This document shows positions 19,966 through 30,252 of a stretch of 64,000 bases of DNA, in pieces. Below the pieces are notes generated by a model. The model was not told the origin of the DNA. It did not search any database and worked only from the letters and a program-made list of their open reading frames with translations. Each line of letters opens with the position of its first letter. Positions within the stretch are counted from its first letter, which is position 1. The translations under genes were made by a program, and so were the position numbers. The stretch is taken from the IMG/VR virus record IMGVR_UViG_3300046323_000587, positions 124,001 through 188,000 of that record; one strand, written 5' to 3'.

Positions 19966-22900
19966 TTATATTTATTATTTACTTTACCTCCATATTTAGA
20001 AATAGGTTGCTGTTCTTGCTGTTGTTTAATTGTTGCAATACTTGACATTTTACGAGTTCCGCCTAATTTTCCCATTTGTCTGTTAGCTTGATACACTTGT
20101 TCTGCATTATCAGGATTTTGATTTTGAATATTATTAGCTTCTTCTGTTAATTTTTCATAATTCTTTTTAAAAAGTTCTGCATCTGCTTCATATTTTTTAG
20201 CGTCTTTTTCATATTGAGCTTTTCTAGTTGGATCAGTTTCTTTTTGAGCCGCTTCAAAGTGCATTCTATAATTTTGTCTAGCTGTTTGTTCAGCAGAATC
20301 AGCTTTATTAGCTTCTCTAATTTTTTGTGATACTAATTGAGCTTTTTGATTTTGTTGATCAGTTTGACCAGCTTTAAAGATTGCTTGTTTAGCTTGTGTG
20401 TCTTTCATAAACTTGTTATCTCTGTATCCAGCTAAAATTCTAGCGTGATTAAGCATATATTGACGATCAGCAGTTTTCTTTTCAAATTCTTCTTTAGATA
20501 GATTTTCAGCATTAAGTTGTTGATTAGAAGTAGTTGTGAGTTTATTTTGTTCATTAATTTGATAATCAGATAAAGCTTTTTGTTCAGCTTTTTGAGCTAT
20601 TTGAGCATTACTGGCTTGATTAGCTTTATTAAGATTAGTTTGAGCCATACTAGCATTAATAAGATTTACAGTAGGGTCTGCACTCATATTATTTCTAACA
20701 GATAATGCCATTGCTGATTGTGCATCTGCTTTATTTTGTAACATTTGTTGATAACCTACTTCTGGTGTATAACCTTGTAATTGTTTATCAATAATTTGAC
20801 GGTGACTAATAACAGGCTTATTCCAAATAGATAAAGCTAAATCAGAAGCAAGTTTTAATTCATCTTTACCAATAAACCATTTATCTTTACCTTTTAAATT
20901 TGCATCAATTGGATTACCATCTTCATCATAACCTTCTGTATCAAATCCATCAGTTCCTCCGTGAAGAGCACTATTAACTTTTGTACCATTTCCACTTCCT
21001 TCACTACCTTGAATAGCTGATTGTTGCTGAGATTGTTGTCCATTTGCATCAGTAGTAGCTGTATTAGTTCCATTAGAACTTGCATCAGTAGTTCCATCAC
21101 CATCTCTTTTAACAGCTGTACCAGTAGAAGTACTAGAAGCTCCCGTTCCAGAAGCATATTTAACTTGTTTAGGAGTAATTCCAGCAATATCAACACCAAA
21201 AGCATTTTTAGAGTATTGTGGAGTTACTGCATCAGTTTTAACAAAATTAGAACCTCTAACAGATTGATTAATTTTTATAGCGGATTGTTGTTGTTCAGGT
21301 GTAATACCATCAATAGTTACTCCGTAAGCATTTGGACTGATAGGTAATTGAACAGATTTGTTACTAGTCTTATTAGAAGTTGTGTTAATAGGTTTCGCTT
21401 CTAAGTTTTTTAAATAGGCTTCTTGTGCTTTATTATTAGCTTCAAAATCAACATTTTTGTAAGCTTTTTCGTAAGCAAGTTTTCTTTTTTGAGTTGCTGC
21501 ATCCATTCCTCCAATAGTTGTTCCTAATTTATTAGCTGTTTGTTCAGAATTTCCGAGACTGAGAGGAGTAAATTTTTTAGTTTCTACTGTCGCTAAATTA
21601 CTTTTTTTTTTAGCTTCTTCTAACAACCTTTTCTGTAAATCTAACATAAATTGATTATTAGATAAATAAGAAGGCAATTTTCCAGCTGGATTTTCGTATT
21701 TAATTATACCTCCTTTACGAAATTTATAAAGTTTTTCAAAATTTGGAATAGACTTTTCTATTTTCTTTTTTCTTAGTAGTAATAAATCTTTTTCATATTT
21801 TGAAAGTTTAGGTTTTAATAAATCATTTTCTATATTAGATAGTTCAAATAGTTTTTTATCTGTTCCACTTCTAGTAGGTAAATCACCAACTTTTAAATCA
21901 ATTAATCCTAATCTTTCACTTAAAGTAGTTTTTTTAGGAGTTGATTTAGGTGTATTTGGAACTACAATCTCAGGTTCTACAACACTATTTTTAGCTCCAT
22001 CATCTTTTACAACTTCTGGTTCATTTGCTTTAGGTTTATCATTAGGTTCATAAGTATATTTAGGTTGAGATTTAAACTTATCTGCCACAGCATCTCTAAG
22101 TTTTTTCACTCTTTCCATATTAGGTAAACTAGGCATAGATAAATTATTAGTCCAATCTTTACTATATTTTTCAAAATCTTTTTTCCAAGGTGTATTAGGT
22201 TGAAATTCAGGACTACTAGCTTCTTTATGAGTCACTCCATCAACAGCTTTTGATATTTGATTTCTTCTACCAATTCTATGCAAATCTTTGATATTACCAG
22301 CTAATCCTGTTAATCCTTGTGAAGCATCAGCAACATCTCTCCAATCTAAACCTTCTGGTGTTTGAGATTTATCGTAAAGATTGCTTGCAGTTTGATATGT
22401 GTTGATACCAGATAAAGCACCTAATCCTACCATACCAACAGGGTGAGTTGCAGCTTTTCCTAAATATCTGAAAGCACCTTTACCTGCACCTACACCTAAA
22501 TCTTTTGCACCTTTTGCAATTGTGCCAAGACCAGAACCGACTATATCAAGACCTCTTCTATATTGAGAGCGAACTTGATCAAGATTTTTTCCAGCATTAT
22601 AAACATTCATTGATAATTCAACTGGAACTTCTGGAATACTAACATTAGAATCAATTTTTTTAGCTTGTAAGGCTTCTTTTCTAGCTAAATTAGCTTCATT
22701 AAGAGTTTCTTTTGCAAGATTTCTAGCATCTTTTAAATCTTTAATTTTTTGAGCTTTATCAGATAATTTAGAAGCATCTTTAGCAGTATCAACAAGTTTA
22801 GAAGCAGTTTGACCAGCTTCAACTACTTTTTTACCTTTTGTAAACCAATTAGCAAATGGAACAATTCCAACACCTTCTAATGCTAAATCTCCTGCAGCTC

Positions 22901-24599
22901 CAGCCCATTCTCTTAGACCCCATTTCTTACCTTGTAATTCATCTAATTCTTTTTGGTAGTTAGATTCTCCAATAGACCCTAAAGCACCTGTAACAGCAGT
23001 TACAATGTTAGCTCCTGGTACAAATCCTGCAACATCATTTACAGTTCTAGCTATTTTAGCACCTGCAATAATATTTTTAAGTTCTTCAATTCTTTTAGAT
23101 TTATTATCAGTTGGAGTTGAAACAATTTTACTCTCTGTTTTAGGTGTAGATGCAACACCTACATTTTGTTTAGTAATTTTATTACTTGGAGTCCATCTAA
23201 GTGCACTACCTAATTGATATTTCACAACACCTCCTTTTTTCTTTAATGGAATATATGTAGCACTTTTTCTATTACCCCAATCAACTTGACCAGCAGTAAA
23301 AGGAACTTTATAATTTGCATATTGTGAAGCTATATCTATTATATTTCTAGGTTTACCTATAAATTGTTTATTAATAGCATCTTGAGCAATTTTTGCTTCT
23401 TCTTCTTTTCTACGATAATCTTCTTCAGTTAATTTTCCTACAGAACGTCTCATATCTTCATTCATTACTTGTTCAGCCTTACGTTTAGCGTCTCTTTCTG
23501 CTTTTCTTTTAGCATCAGCAGCTTTTTGAGCATCAGTTCTTGTATCTACTCCAGTTCCTCTACTTCCATCTGTTTTAGTTCCTGTACTAGAACTTCCAGC
23601 TCCGCCTAATAATACACCAGCAGTTTTCTTTTGGTCTTTAACTGGAACCCAAGCAGCATTTGGACCATCTTTTTTTAGTCTAGCGTAAATAACTGCTTTA
23701 TTACTTTCTTTACCTCTATCAGCAGCAGATAAATTTTGATTTGTAGATTCATCGTAAGATACTTTATACTCATAAGGATCTTTTGATGAATTTCTTGAAG
23801 TAATTGATGTAGTAAGTTTATCTACATCATCAAAAGAGTTTACAGCACTATCTGAATGAAAATCATTTATAGGTATTGTTGTATTGGTATCAGTAGTAGA
23901 AGTAGTATCAACAGGTTTATCATCAACTTTTGATTGTGGAACAGTTGTACTTACAGGAGATTCTTCAAATAATACATTACGACCTAGTTTTTGTAAATCA
24001 AGATTAAATTTTTTAGTTCCTCTTTCAAGTGCTTTCTTTTTAGAAGTAAAAACACTTCCCCACAACTTACCAAGAGTTGATTTACCTTCTAATTCAATAT
24101 CTTTAAAATCTTTGCCTAATTTTCTTTTTTCTTTTCCAGTTAAAGATTGTGTATATTCTCCAAGAGTTCTGTTTCCTTGTGTACCTAATTGATATTTTCC
24201 TCTACGATCTTTTGTTATACCGAATTTATTATTAGCTAAATCAATTCTTCTAAAAGACTCTCTGTCAGCTTTAGATAAATTATCGTCACTCACTCCTTCA
24301 ACTTGCATATCATCTTGCAATACTTCATTATAACCTTTTAAAACTGTTTTTTGTTCTTCATCAGTAAGAGCATCATAAGCAGCTTTATCAGAATTGTAAT
24401 CAGTACCCAATCTTTTTAATTTTCCTGGTCTAGAAGGGTCTGGAATCCAATAACCTTCTCTGACTAATTTTTTAGAATTATCTATCGTTCCAATAGAACC
24501 TACATTGCTATTAGTAGCTATATCACCTTCTAATGTACCTCCAGGATTATATTTTCTTTCATTATTCAATTTATTTTTTAAATCTTTATAATTTTTCAT
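19941..24599 (-). CDS. Large tagged cargo protein (1552 aa), probable membrane-penetrating ejection protein
   Basis: Tags KYNPGG (N-term), KKKGGVVKYQLGS, KFRKGGIIKYENPAG, ISKYGGKV (C-term); Gly/Ala hydrophobic helices (DVAGFVPGANIVTAVTGALG, GDLALEGVGIVPF, VGMVGLGALSG); Gln/Ala coiled-coil C-terminus; no Cys seen. Confidence 0.65.
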   Translation of the reverse strand: MKNYKDLKNKLNNERKYNPGGTLEGDIATNSNVGSIGTIDNSKKLVREGYWIPDPSRPGKLKRLGTDYNSDKAAYDALTDEEQKTVLKGYNEVLQDDMQVEGVSDDNLSKADRESFRRIDLANNKFGITKDRRGKYQLGTQGNRTLGEYTQSLTGKEKRKLGKDFKDIELEGKSTLGKLWGSVFTSKKKALERGTKKFNLDLQKLGRNVLFEESPVSTTVPQSKVDDKPVDTTSTTDTNTTIPINDFHSDSAVNSFDDVDKLTTSITSRNSSKDPYEYKVSYDESTNQNLSAADRGKESNKAVIYARLKKDGPNAAWVPVKDQKKTAGVLLGGAGSSSTGTKTDGSRGTGVDTRTDAQKAADAKRKAERDAKRKAEQVMNEDMRRSVGKLTEEDYRRKEEEAKIAQDAINKQFIGKPRNIIDIASQYANYKVPFTAGQVDWGNRKSATYIPLKKKGGVVKYQLGSALRWTPSNKITKQNVGVASTPKTESKIVSTPTDNKSKRIEELKNIIAGAKIARTVNDVAGFVPGANIVTAVTGALGSIGESNYQKELDELQGKKWGLREWAGAAGDLALEGVGIVPFANWFTKGKKVVEAGQTASKLVDTAKDASKLSDKAQKIKDLKDARNLAKETLNEANLARKEALQAKKIDSNVSIPEVPVELSMNVYNAGKNLDQVRSQYRRGLDIVGSGLGTIAKGAKDLGVGAGKGAFRYLGKAATHPVGMVGLGALSGINTYQTASNLYDKSQTPEGLDWRDVADASQGLTGLAGNIKDLHRIGRRNQISKAVDGVTHKEASSPEFQPNTPWKKDFEKYSKDWTNNLSMPSLPNMERVKKLRDAVADKFKSQPKYTYEPNDKPKANEPEVVKDDGAKNSVVEPEIVVPNTPKSTPKKTTLSERLGLIDLKVGDLPTRSGTDKKLFELSNIENDLLKPKLSKYEKDLLLLRKKKIEKSIPNFEKLYKFRKGGIIKYENPAGKLPSYLSNNQFMLDLQKRLLEEAKKKSNLATVETKKFTPLSLGNSEQTANKLGTTIGGMDAATQKRKLAYEKAYKNVDFEANNKAQEAYLKNLEAKPINTTSNKTSNKSVQLPISPNAYGVTIDGITPEQQQSAIKINQSVRGSNFVKTDAVTPQYSKNAFGVDIAGITPKQVKYASGTGASSTSTGTAVKRDGDGTTDASSNGTNTATTDANGQQSQQQSAIQGSEGSGNGTKVNSALHGGTDGFDTEGYDEDGNPIDANLKGKDKWFIGKDELKLASDLALSIWNKPVISHRQIIDKQLQGYTPEVGYQQMLQNKADAQSAMALSVRNNMSADPTVNLINASMAQTNLNKANQASNAQIAQKAEQKALSDYQINEQNKLTTTSNQQLNAENLSKEEFEKKTADRQYMLNHARILAGYRDNKFMKDTQAKQAIFKAGQTDQQNQKAQLVSQKIREANKADSAEQTARQNYRMHFEAAQKETDPTRKAQYEKDAKKYEADAELFKKNYEKLTEEANNIQNQNPDNAEQVYQANRQMGKLGGTRKMSSIATIKQQQEQQPISKYGGKVNNKYKWMRTVAK

Positions 24600-24621
24600 C
24601 TAAAAATAGGATTTTATTATT

Positions 24622-24704
24622 TTAATTTAGCTAACACTACTATTAAATTTTATTAGCTAATTCATTAAGACTTTTAAGAAATAATCTAGTATTAGCTAAA
24701 TTAA
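24622..24704. repeat. 18-bp inverted repeat (17/18) with 47-nt spacer in the 5' region of the 1552-aa gene
   Basis: ttaatttagctaacacta (24622-24639) vs tagtattagctaaattaa (24687-24704); the mismatch is a G.U pair in the minus-strand RNA; TTAGCTAA palindrome occurs three times (24627, 24653, 24692). Confidence 0.75.
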
Positions 24705-24712
24705 CTAATTTA

Positions 24713-25081
24713 TTATACTCTTGGACGAATTTTAAATTTAGTTTTTCCTCCAAATCTTTGCATAGGTGCTGGTGGATTTTGAGTAGCTGGAGATGCTTGT
24801 GGTTGTCCTTGTGGTTGAGCAGCTGGAGCTTCTTGTGCAGGTTGGTCTTCACCTCCACCTTGTTGTTGAATCATTTCCATAAACATTGTAGCACCTTGTT
24901 TTAAAGCATCACAATTATTTTGAGACAAACCAGATTGAAATGCAGCTAAAATTTGTTCCATTGGACTTCCACCTTGTTTTTGACCTTGTGGTTGTTCCAT
25001 TGATTGTTCTGGAGCTTGACCTTGTGACATTGGTTGTTCTACTGCACCACCTTCTTGAAATTTTCTAATAAATGTTCTCAT
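24713..25081 (-). CDS. Small Q/P-rich crAss-type protein tagged at both ends (122 aa)
   Basis: MRTFIRKFQEGG...PMQRFGGK; central helix SPMEQILAAFQSGLSQNNCDALKQ resembles a small conserved Crassvirales ORF as I recall it. Confidence 0.7.
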   Translation of the reverse strand: MRTFIRKFQEGGAVEQPMSQGQAPEQSMEQPQGQKQGGSPMEQILAAFQSGLSQNNCDALKQGATMFMEMIQQQGGGEDQPAQEAPAAQPQGQPQASPATQNPPAPMQRFGGKTKFKIRPRV

Positions 25082-25093
25082 ATCTTATATATT

Positions 25094-25122
25094 TTATTAA
25101 ATGTTATTAAATGTTATTAAAT
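25094..25122. repeat. Short intergenic tandem repeat (TTATTAAATG) x ~3
   Basis: ttattaaatg ttattaaatg ttattaaat read directly upstream of the 25081 start. Confidence 0.6.
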
Positions 25123-25147
25123 ATTACTATTAATTTTAAAATCATTA

Positions 25148-26986
25148 TTAATCTTTTGTGTACTCTGGTTTATTAACATAATCTTGTTTATATAACTCAT
25201 TAGCAATAACTTTACCTAAATTAAAATAATCTTTATCAGATTTACTTTTATTGGCAACTTTAGCTAATTTAACTAATTCTTTTGTTTTAATTCTACTAAA
25301 AATTCTTTCTCCACCTTTAAGTTTCATTTGGTGTTCACCTTTATCATCTAAAAGATATAAATTTTGTTTAGATTGTTTACCACCTTCTTGATAATATTTT
25401 TGTTGTAATTGCTTATAAATCATTCCTCCTTGTTTTTGTTTAGGTAAATAAATAAAATGTCCTCCTGTTTTACTTCTAGCGTCCCATTTATCTAAATCTT
25501 CTTTTTCTTGGTAAGGGTCTTTTCTATATATACCATTATCTATAATCCATAAATTTAATCCGTCTGTTTTTTGTTCTTTTTTGAAGGCTTCAAAAGCAGC
25601 TTTTAATTGATCACTATTTCCTGTAACTATTTTATATGCTTTATTATCAGGAGTAGCAATCATTAGTTTATTGTAATCTTTGTGTTCAGGCAAAGCAATC
25701 TTTTTATTATATTTTGTAGAATCTTTTGGTTTATAATAAACTAGGCCTTCTTTATCATCCCAATCTATTTTTTCTGCAAATTTAGGGCTATATGTTTGAG
25801 ATACAAGATAATCATTATCAAAATCATTATATTGACCTAATTTTAAATTACCTGTTTTTTGATTTACTCCAATTAAATAAGCATCTTTTTCAGTTTCTTT
25901 ATCGCTATTTAAAAAACTACGAAAATTTTCAGGCTCTTTAATTTTAGATTTATGTGTAAATGGATTAAATGTAGTAATATAAGTACCTTCGCCTAATGCT
26001 CCTTGACCAACAGTAAATTTATCTTTTTCTGTTTTATTTCTTACAATAAAAGAAGGCTTCTTTTCTTCAGTTTTAGTATCTTCAGTTTTAACTTCCTCTT
26101 TTTTACGTTCCTCAATAACTTTTACTAGATTAGTTCTTTTGTTGTTATCTTCTTCTTTAACTGTATTATCCACTACGACAATAGGTTTTTCAACTTTTCC
26201 TAATCTATAATCAACTCCATTATGTTTAAATGTAACAGCTCCATCACTATCAATATTTACATTAGATTTGTTACCTGTACTTAATTCACTTAATCTTGCT
26301 TGATAAGCGTTTTCTAATTCTTTTCCTTTTTTAGTAGGTTTTTTTACAATATATTTACCAGAAGAATTAACTCTATCTTGTTCATCTTTTGTAGATAAAT
26401 ATCTTTGCATTTTAAACTTACCTTCTGGTAAATCGTATTCAGTAGAATAAGTTTTTAATTTATCTCCTAAGTGATATTTCAATATTCCACCTTTTTTATT
26501 CTTTTCAACAAGATTCTTTAATTTTTTATTTTTATTAGGTTTAACATCAAATACTAAACCATCATTAATACCTCCTTCAGTTATCTCATAACCTCCATTT
26601 CCAGAATTTTTTGGTACTTTTACTTTAACTATTTCAGAATACTTATCTGGAACATAAGGCGTATATTTCTTCATAAGTAATTTATCTCCTAAATTTATTT
26701 TATTATTTATATTTAATTCTAAGGTATGTCTCCCTTTTAATTTATATTCTCCACTATTTCTAGGTGCTTTAATAATATCTGTAACAAGATAATTATCATC
26801 TAAACCAGCTAATAATAAAGGTATAGTAGTATCTTTCATCGTTATATCAGAAACATTATAAAAAAACATACCTTTACTATTATCTAGTTTATGATGATTA
26901 GACAACCCAATTAAAGATTCTTTTTTATTTTCAGGTATCTGTATTATATATTTTATCTTGTTTATATAACCTGATTCAGTTTTCAT
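25148..26986 (-). CDS. DUF192-like N-domain plus tag-bounded insert plus conserved crAss C-domain (612 aa)
   Basis: N-term GLSNHHKLDNSKGMFF...TMKDTTIPL...LELN fits DUF192; C-term QMKLKGGERIFSR...KDYFNLGK...PEY; tags KNKKGGILKYHLGDK, KQKQGG, KYYQEGG. Confidence 0.65.
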   Translation of the reverse strand: MKTESGYINKIKYIIQIPENKKESLIGLSNHHKLDNSKGMFFYNVSDITMKDTTIPLLLAGLDDNYLVTDIIKAPRNSGEYKLKGRHTLELNINNKINLGDKLLMKKYTPYVPDKYSEIVKVKVPKNSGNGGYEITEGGINDGLVFDVKPNKNKKLKNLVEKNKKGGILKYHLGDKLKTYSTEYDLPEGKFKMQRYLSTKDEQDRVNSSGKYIVKKPTKKGKELENAYQARLSELSTGNKSNVNIDSDGAVTFKHNGVDYRLGKVEKPIVVVDNTVKEEDNNKRTNLVKVIEERKKEEVKTEDTKTEEKKPSFIVRNKTEKDKFTVGQGALGEGTYITTFNPFTHKSKIKEPENFRSFLNSDKETEKDAYLIGVNQKTGNLKLGQYNDFDNDYLVSQTYSPKFAEKIDWDDKEGLVYYKPKDSTKYNKKIALPEHKDYNKLMIATPDNKAYKIVTGNSDQLKAAFEAFKKEQKTDGLNLWIIDNGIYRKDPYQEKEDLDKWDARSKTGGHFIYLPKQKQGGMIYKQLQQKYYQEGGKQSKQNLYLLDDKGEHQMKLKGGERIFSRIKTKELVKLAKVANKSKSDKDYFNLGKVIANELYKQDYVNKPEYTKD

Positions 26987-26988
26987 TA

Positions 26989-28929
26989 TTAAGCTTTTTT
27001 AATTACTTTATTTTTATTGTCAATAGTATTATTCAATAACTGTTGAGTAAATAATTTACCTAATTCAATAGCTTTGATATCTTTTTTGTTATTTAAAAAA
27101 TCATAAGCCATTTTTTCAACTTTATCAGCTATCTCTTTATGAATAATTAACTCATCTACTTCAATTTCTGAATGTTTTTCAGGAATTCCTTCATTAACAT
27201 AAGCAACAACTGGAACTCCTTTACGACCTAAATCTAATTCTTTTGGAATATTATTATTTCTAGCGTGTAATACACCATCAACAATTTTATTTGTTTTACC
27301 AGATAAATCATAAACAATTTGTCCTCCGTGTTTAAATTGTTGATAGCCCGTAGATGGACTGTTTGAACCAGCCTCTTCACTTTGATTTTGAGATTCTTGT
27401 TGATACATTTGTTTAGCTTGCTCTAGTTGTTCGGGTTGTAGAGATTTTAACTTAGCGTCAAACTCTTCTTGTGAACGAACACCTAATTTTTGAGCTAACC
27501 ATTGCATAAACGCTGGATCTGGTTGTTCTTGTGGGACTTCTTGTTCTCCTCCTTCTTGATGCCTAAGTTTTTTTACTTTATTCATAGATCTTTGTAATTC
27601 TAAAGAAGGTTTGAGTAAAGGATTATAATTTAAAATAGATCCAGTCTGACAATTTTCTAATTTTTTATTTAATTTTTTGTTTAGTCTATTGCTTAAATCA
27701 GAATTAGTAGTAAGTTTTGTACCATTTTTCCAAATCCCAAATAATTTTGGATGTTTTTTTTCTCTATAATATTCTTTTGGAATATATTTATGTTCATCTT
27801 CTTTAATTTTATCGAAGTTATTAAAGTTTTTACTAGGTTTTAAAGGTACTCCATTAATAAGAGATTCTCTTTCTTCATCTATTAATTCAAGTAAATAAGC
27901 TTCTGTATCATTAAGTTTTGGTCTATTTGTTAATTGCGTATATTGTCTTTGAAGTTCTTCTAATCTTTTTTGTTTTTTTACTTCATTGACATCTGATTTG
28001 AACTCATTTCCTTTTTGATATTTTATTAATCCTCCTTGAAGGTGTTTTTCAACTAACATAATAATCTTTTTACTTACTTGAGGATGAATTTTTTCTTTAA
28101 GATAATCAATTAATCTTAAACGTTGTTCTAATGCCTTATGTTTTAATAATTGGTTTGTTTCTTCATCAAATACTCCATTATTACGACGATCTCCAATAGA
28201 ATGTTGAATAATCTTGATTTGAGTTGGATGTAATTCTTTTAGTACGTCTGTATCAATACCATCAGAATCAATATCACAAGGTAGTTCAACTTTCATACCA
28301 CGACGAGCCATTTGAGAAGCATATTGAGCAAAATTAGCTTTTTGTTGATTGTCTAATTCTTGTTGCATTGCAGCTTGATTCTTTTTAAGTTTTTCTTCTT
28401 TATCAAATTTACTATCTTGACCTGTTAATTTAGCAAAACCATCTGACAAAGAACCTCCTCCAAGTATATTTAAAGCAGCTCCTCCTAAATTAGTAACTCC
28501 GTCAGCAGCTATACCTAATACAGGAGCAGCAACACTTCCTAAACCAGGAACTAAAGCATTTAAACCTTGTTCTGCTCCCATTTTAATACCAGCAGAAATA
28601 TTCTTTTCTAAGCCATTTTGTTTTTGATTGATTAAGTCTGTTGGAACTACACTACTTAATAATTGTCCTGCCATTCCTGCTAATCCACTACCAGAAGCAA
28701 TATTTCCAGCTAATGAAGCTAATCCAGAAGGGTTTGTACTTGGTGTAGGTGTATTTACTGGTTTAATATCAACTCCTTTTATTGGTTGTTGCCCTAAATT
28801 CCCAACTAATCCTTTTGGTCTAGTTAATTCTAACATATTTACATTAGGCATTTTTTCAGGTAACTTACCAGCAGGTAATTGAAATTTTAGTACAGAACCA
28901 TACTTATTTTTAAATTTATTTGTTATCAT
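26989..28929 (-). CDS. Multi-module tagged crAss-type virion protein (646 aa)
   Basis: About seven tags (KFQLPAG, MARRGMK, KHLQGGLIKYQKGN, WKNGTK, NCQTGS, RHQEGG, QFKHGG); Gly/Ala hydrophobic N-module; C-terminal DGVLHARNNN...KGVPVV...SEIEVDELI segment typical of a Crassvirales post-muzzle protein. Confidence 0.65.
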   Translation of the reverse strand: MITNKFKNKYGSVLKFQLPAGKLPEKMPNVNMLELTRPKGLVGNLGQQPIKGVDIKPVNTPTPSTNPSGLASLAGNIASGSGLAGMAGQLLSSVVPTDLINQKQNGLEKNISAGIKMGAEQGLNALVPGLGSVAAPVLGIAADGVTNLGGAALNILGGGSLSDGFAKLTGQDSKFDKEEKLKKNQAAMQQELDNQQKANFAQYASQMARRGMKVELPCDIDSDGIDTDVLKELHPTQIKIIQHSIGDRRNNGVFDEETNQLLKHKALEQRLRLIDYLKEKIHPQVSKKIIMLVEKHLQGGLIKYQKGNEFKSDVNEVKKQKRLEELQRQYTQLTNRPKLNDTEAYLLELIDEERESLINGVPLKPSKNFNNFDKIKEDEHKYIPKEYYREKKHPKLFGIWKNGTKLTTNSDLSNRLNKKLNKKLENCQTGSILNYNPLLKPSLELQRSMNKVKKLRHQEGGEQEVPQEQPDPAFMQWLAQKLGVRSQEEFDAKLKSLQPEQLEQAKQMYQQESQNQSEEAGSNSPSTGYQQFKHGGQIVYDLSGKTNKIVDGVLHARNNNIPKELDLGRKGVPVVAYVNEGIPEKHSEIEVDELIIHKEIADKVEKMAYDFLNNKKDIKAIELGKLFTQQLLNNTIDNKNKVIKKA

Positions 28930-29818
28930 TTATAAAATCATTTAATAAAAATTTATTATTGTTTGCAATCATTTCCCAAATAGGTAAATTTTCTATTCGA
29001 TCCATTTCAAGATATTCTTTTTGCAATTCTACATCTACTCTATAATATTTTAAACCTTGTTTTTTATACAAATTAAGTGAATAATCTACTACATCACTTC
29101 CAGCTTTCATAAAACTTTCAATAAGAGGGAATTTACTTTTGTGTATCAACCAATCTAACATACCCCAATCTTCATTATTTACATTTAAGTTAGCTTCCGC
29201 AGAATATCCTGTTCCTAATGATAACACAACTATATTAGAAATATTAATTCCTTTACTAATAGCTTCATTTACAGCTATTTGAGCAGGATTATTTGAAACA
29301 ATTCCTCCATCTATATAAGAATCTTTATCAATTATCCAAGGATTAAAATAGGTAGGAGCAGCAGTAGAAGAACAAATTGCTTCTAAATAAGAGGTAGTAG
29401 AATCTTTATAGGATTTAAATAATTTAACTTTATTTTTAGTAAAATTAAAACTAGTCATAATAAAATCAAATGTACTTTCGGATAATTTTTTATCTATTGG
29501 AATATACTTAGCTAAGGAATTATACAGATTCATATTATCATATTTAGCTCTAATTGCAGAAAATATAAATCTAAATTTTTTTTTGAAAATATTTTTAGCT
29601 TCTTGTTTATATAGTTCTATAATATCTTTCGAAGAATATTTTAACGACAACATTGCAGTTATAATAGAACCAGTAGAAGAACTTGCATATAAATTAAACT
29701 TAGTTGTATCAAAACCAACAGAATCTAAGTGGTCTAACATAACAGCGGGAATAATTCCTTTTAAGCCTCCACCATCAATAGACAATATATAATATTTCTT
29801 ATCAATCATATTTAACAT
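28916..29818 (-). CDS. Patatin-like phospholipase
   Basis: ILSIDGGGLKG oxyanion loop, SSSTG nucleophile elbow (GxSxG variant), SSTAAPTYF, catalytic IDGG + NNP, VLSLGTG. Confidence 0.92.
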   Translation of the reverse strand: MLNMIDKKYYILSIDGGGLKGIIPAVMLDHLDSVGFDTTKFNLYASSSTGSIITAMLSLKYSSKDIIELYKQEAKNIFKKKFRFIFSAIRAKYDNMNLYNSLAKYIPIDKKLSESTFDFIMTSFNFTKNKVKLFKSYKDSTTSYLEAICSSTAAPTYFNPWIIDKDSYIDGGIVSNNPAQIAVNEAISKGINISNIVVLSLGTGYSAEANLNVNNEDWGMLDWLIHKSKFPLIESFMKAGSDVVDYSLNLYKKQGLKYYRVDVELQKEYLEMDRIENLPIWEMIANNNKFLLNDFINDNK

Positions 29819-29871
29819 ATTTAAAAGGTTTAAAATTTGTATTTTGAACTTATAACTTTAAATTTATAACT

Positions 29872-30252
29872 TTAAACAGGTTTAGCATAATTAATTTCTT
29901 GATCATTAATAGTTTTTAAGAATGTCAGATAAAAATTATGTAGATTTTCTGGTTTAATATCACTAGAAGACAACTTTCTATTTTTTACTTGTTGTTGTAA
30001 CCAATTTTGAAACTGTTCAAAATCTCTTTTATCAGGATCAAACATTCCACCTAATTGCATTTTTCTCATAGTTTTTGCAAAATTAGCTCTTTTATTTATT
30101 GTAGAATTAGAAGATTTTAAACCTTGTGAAATACAAGCATCAGTGACTTTTGTAAAACCTTTTTGTTTGCAATATTCAGTAAATTTTCCTTTAGTTTTAT
30201 TTTTATCCATATTTTTTACTGCTTTTTTTAACCAATTATTTTTCTCTATCAT
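29872..30252 (-). CDS. Small basic tagged crAss-type protein (126 aa)
   Basis: KGKFTEYC...VTDACI...KRANFAKTMRKMQLGG, a basic module that I recall from Crassvirales; KMQLGG tag. Confidence 0.7.
   Translation of the reverse strand: MIEKNNWLKKAVKNMDKNKTKGKFTEYCKQKGFTKVTDACISQGLKSSNSTINKRANFAKTMRKMQLGGMFDPDKRDFEQFQNWLQQQVKNRKLSSSDIKPENLHNFYLTFLKTINDQEINYAKPV

Noticed and set aside
28916-29818. CBASS defence operon
   Set aside because: No CD-NTase or Cap accessory genes nearby; patatin stands alone.
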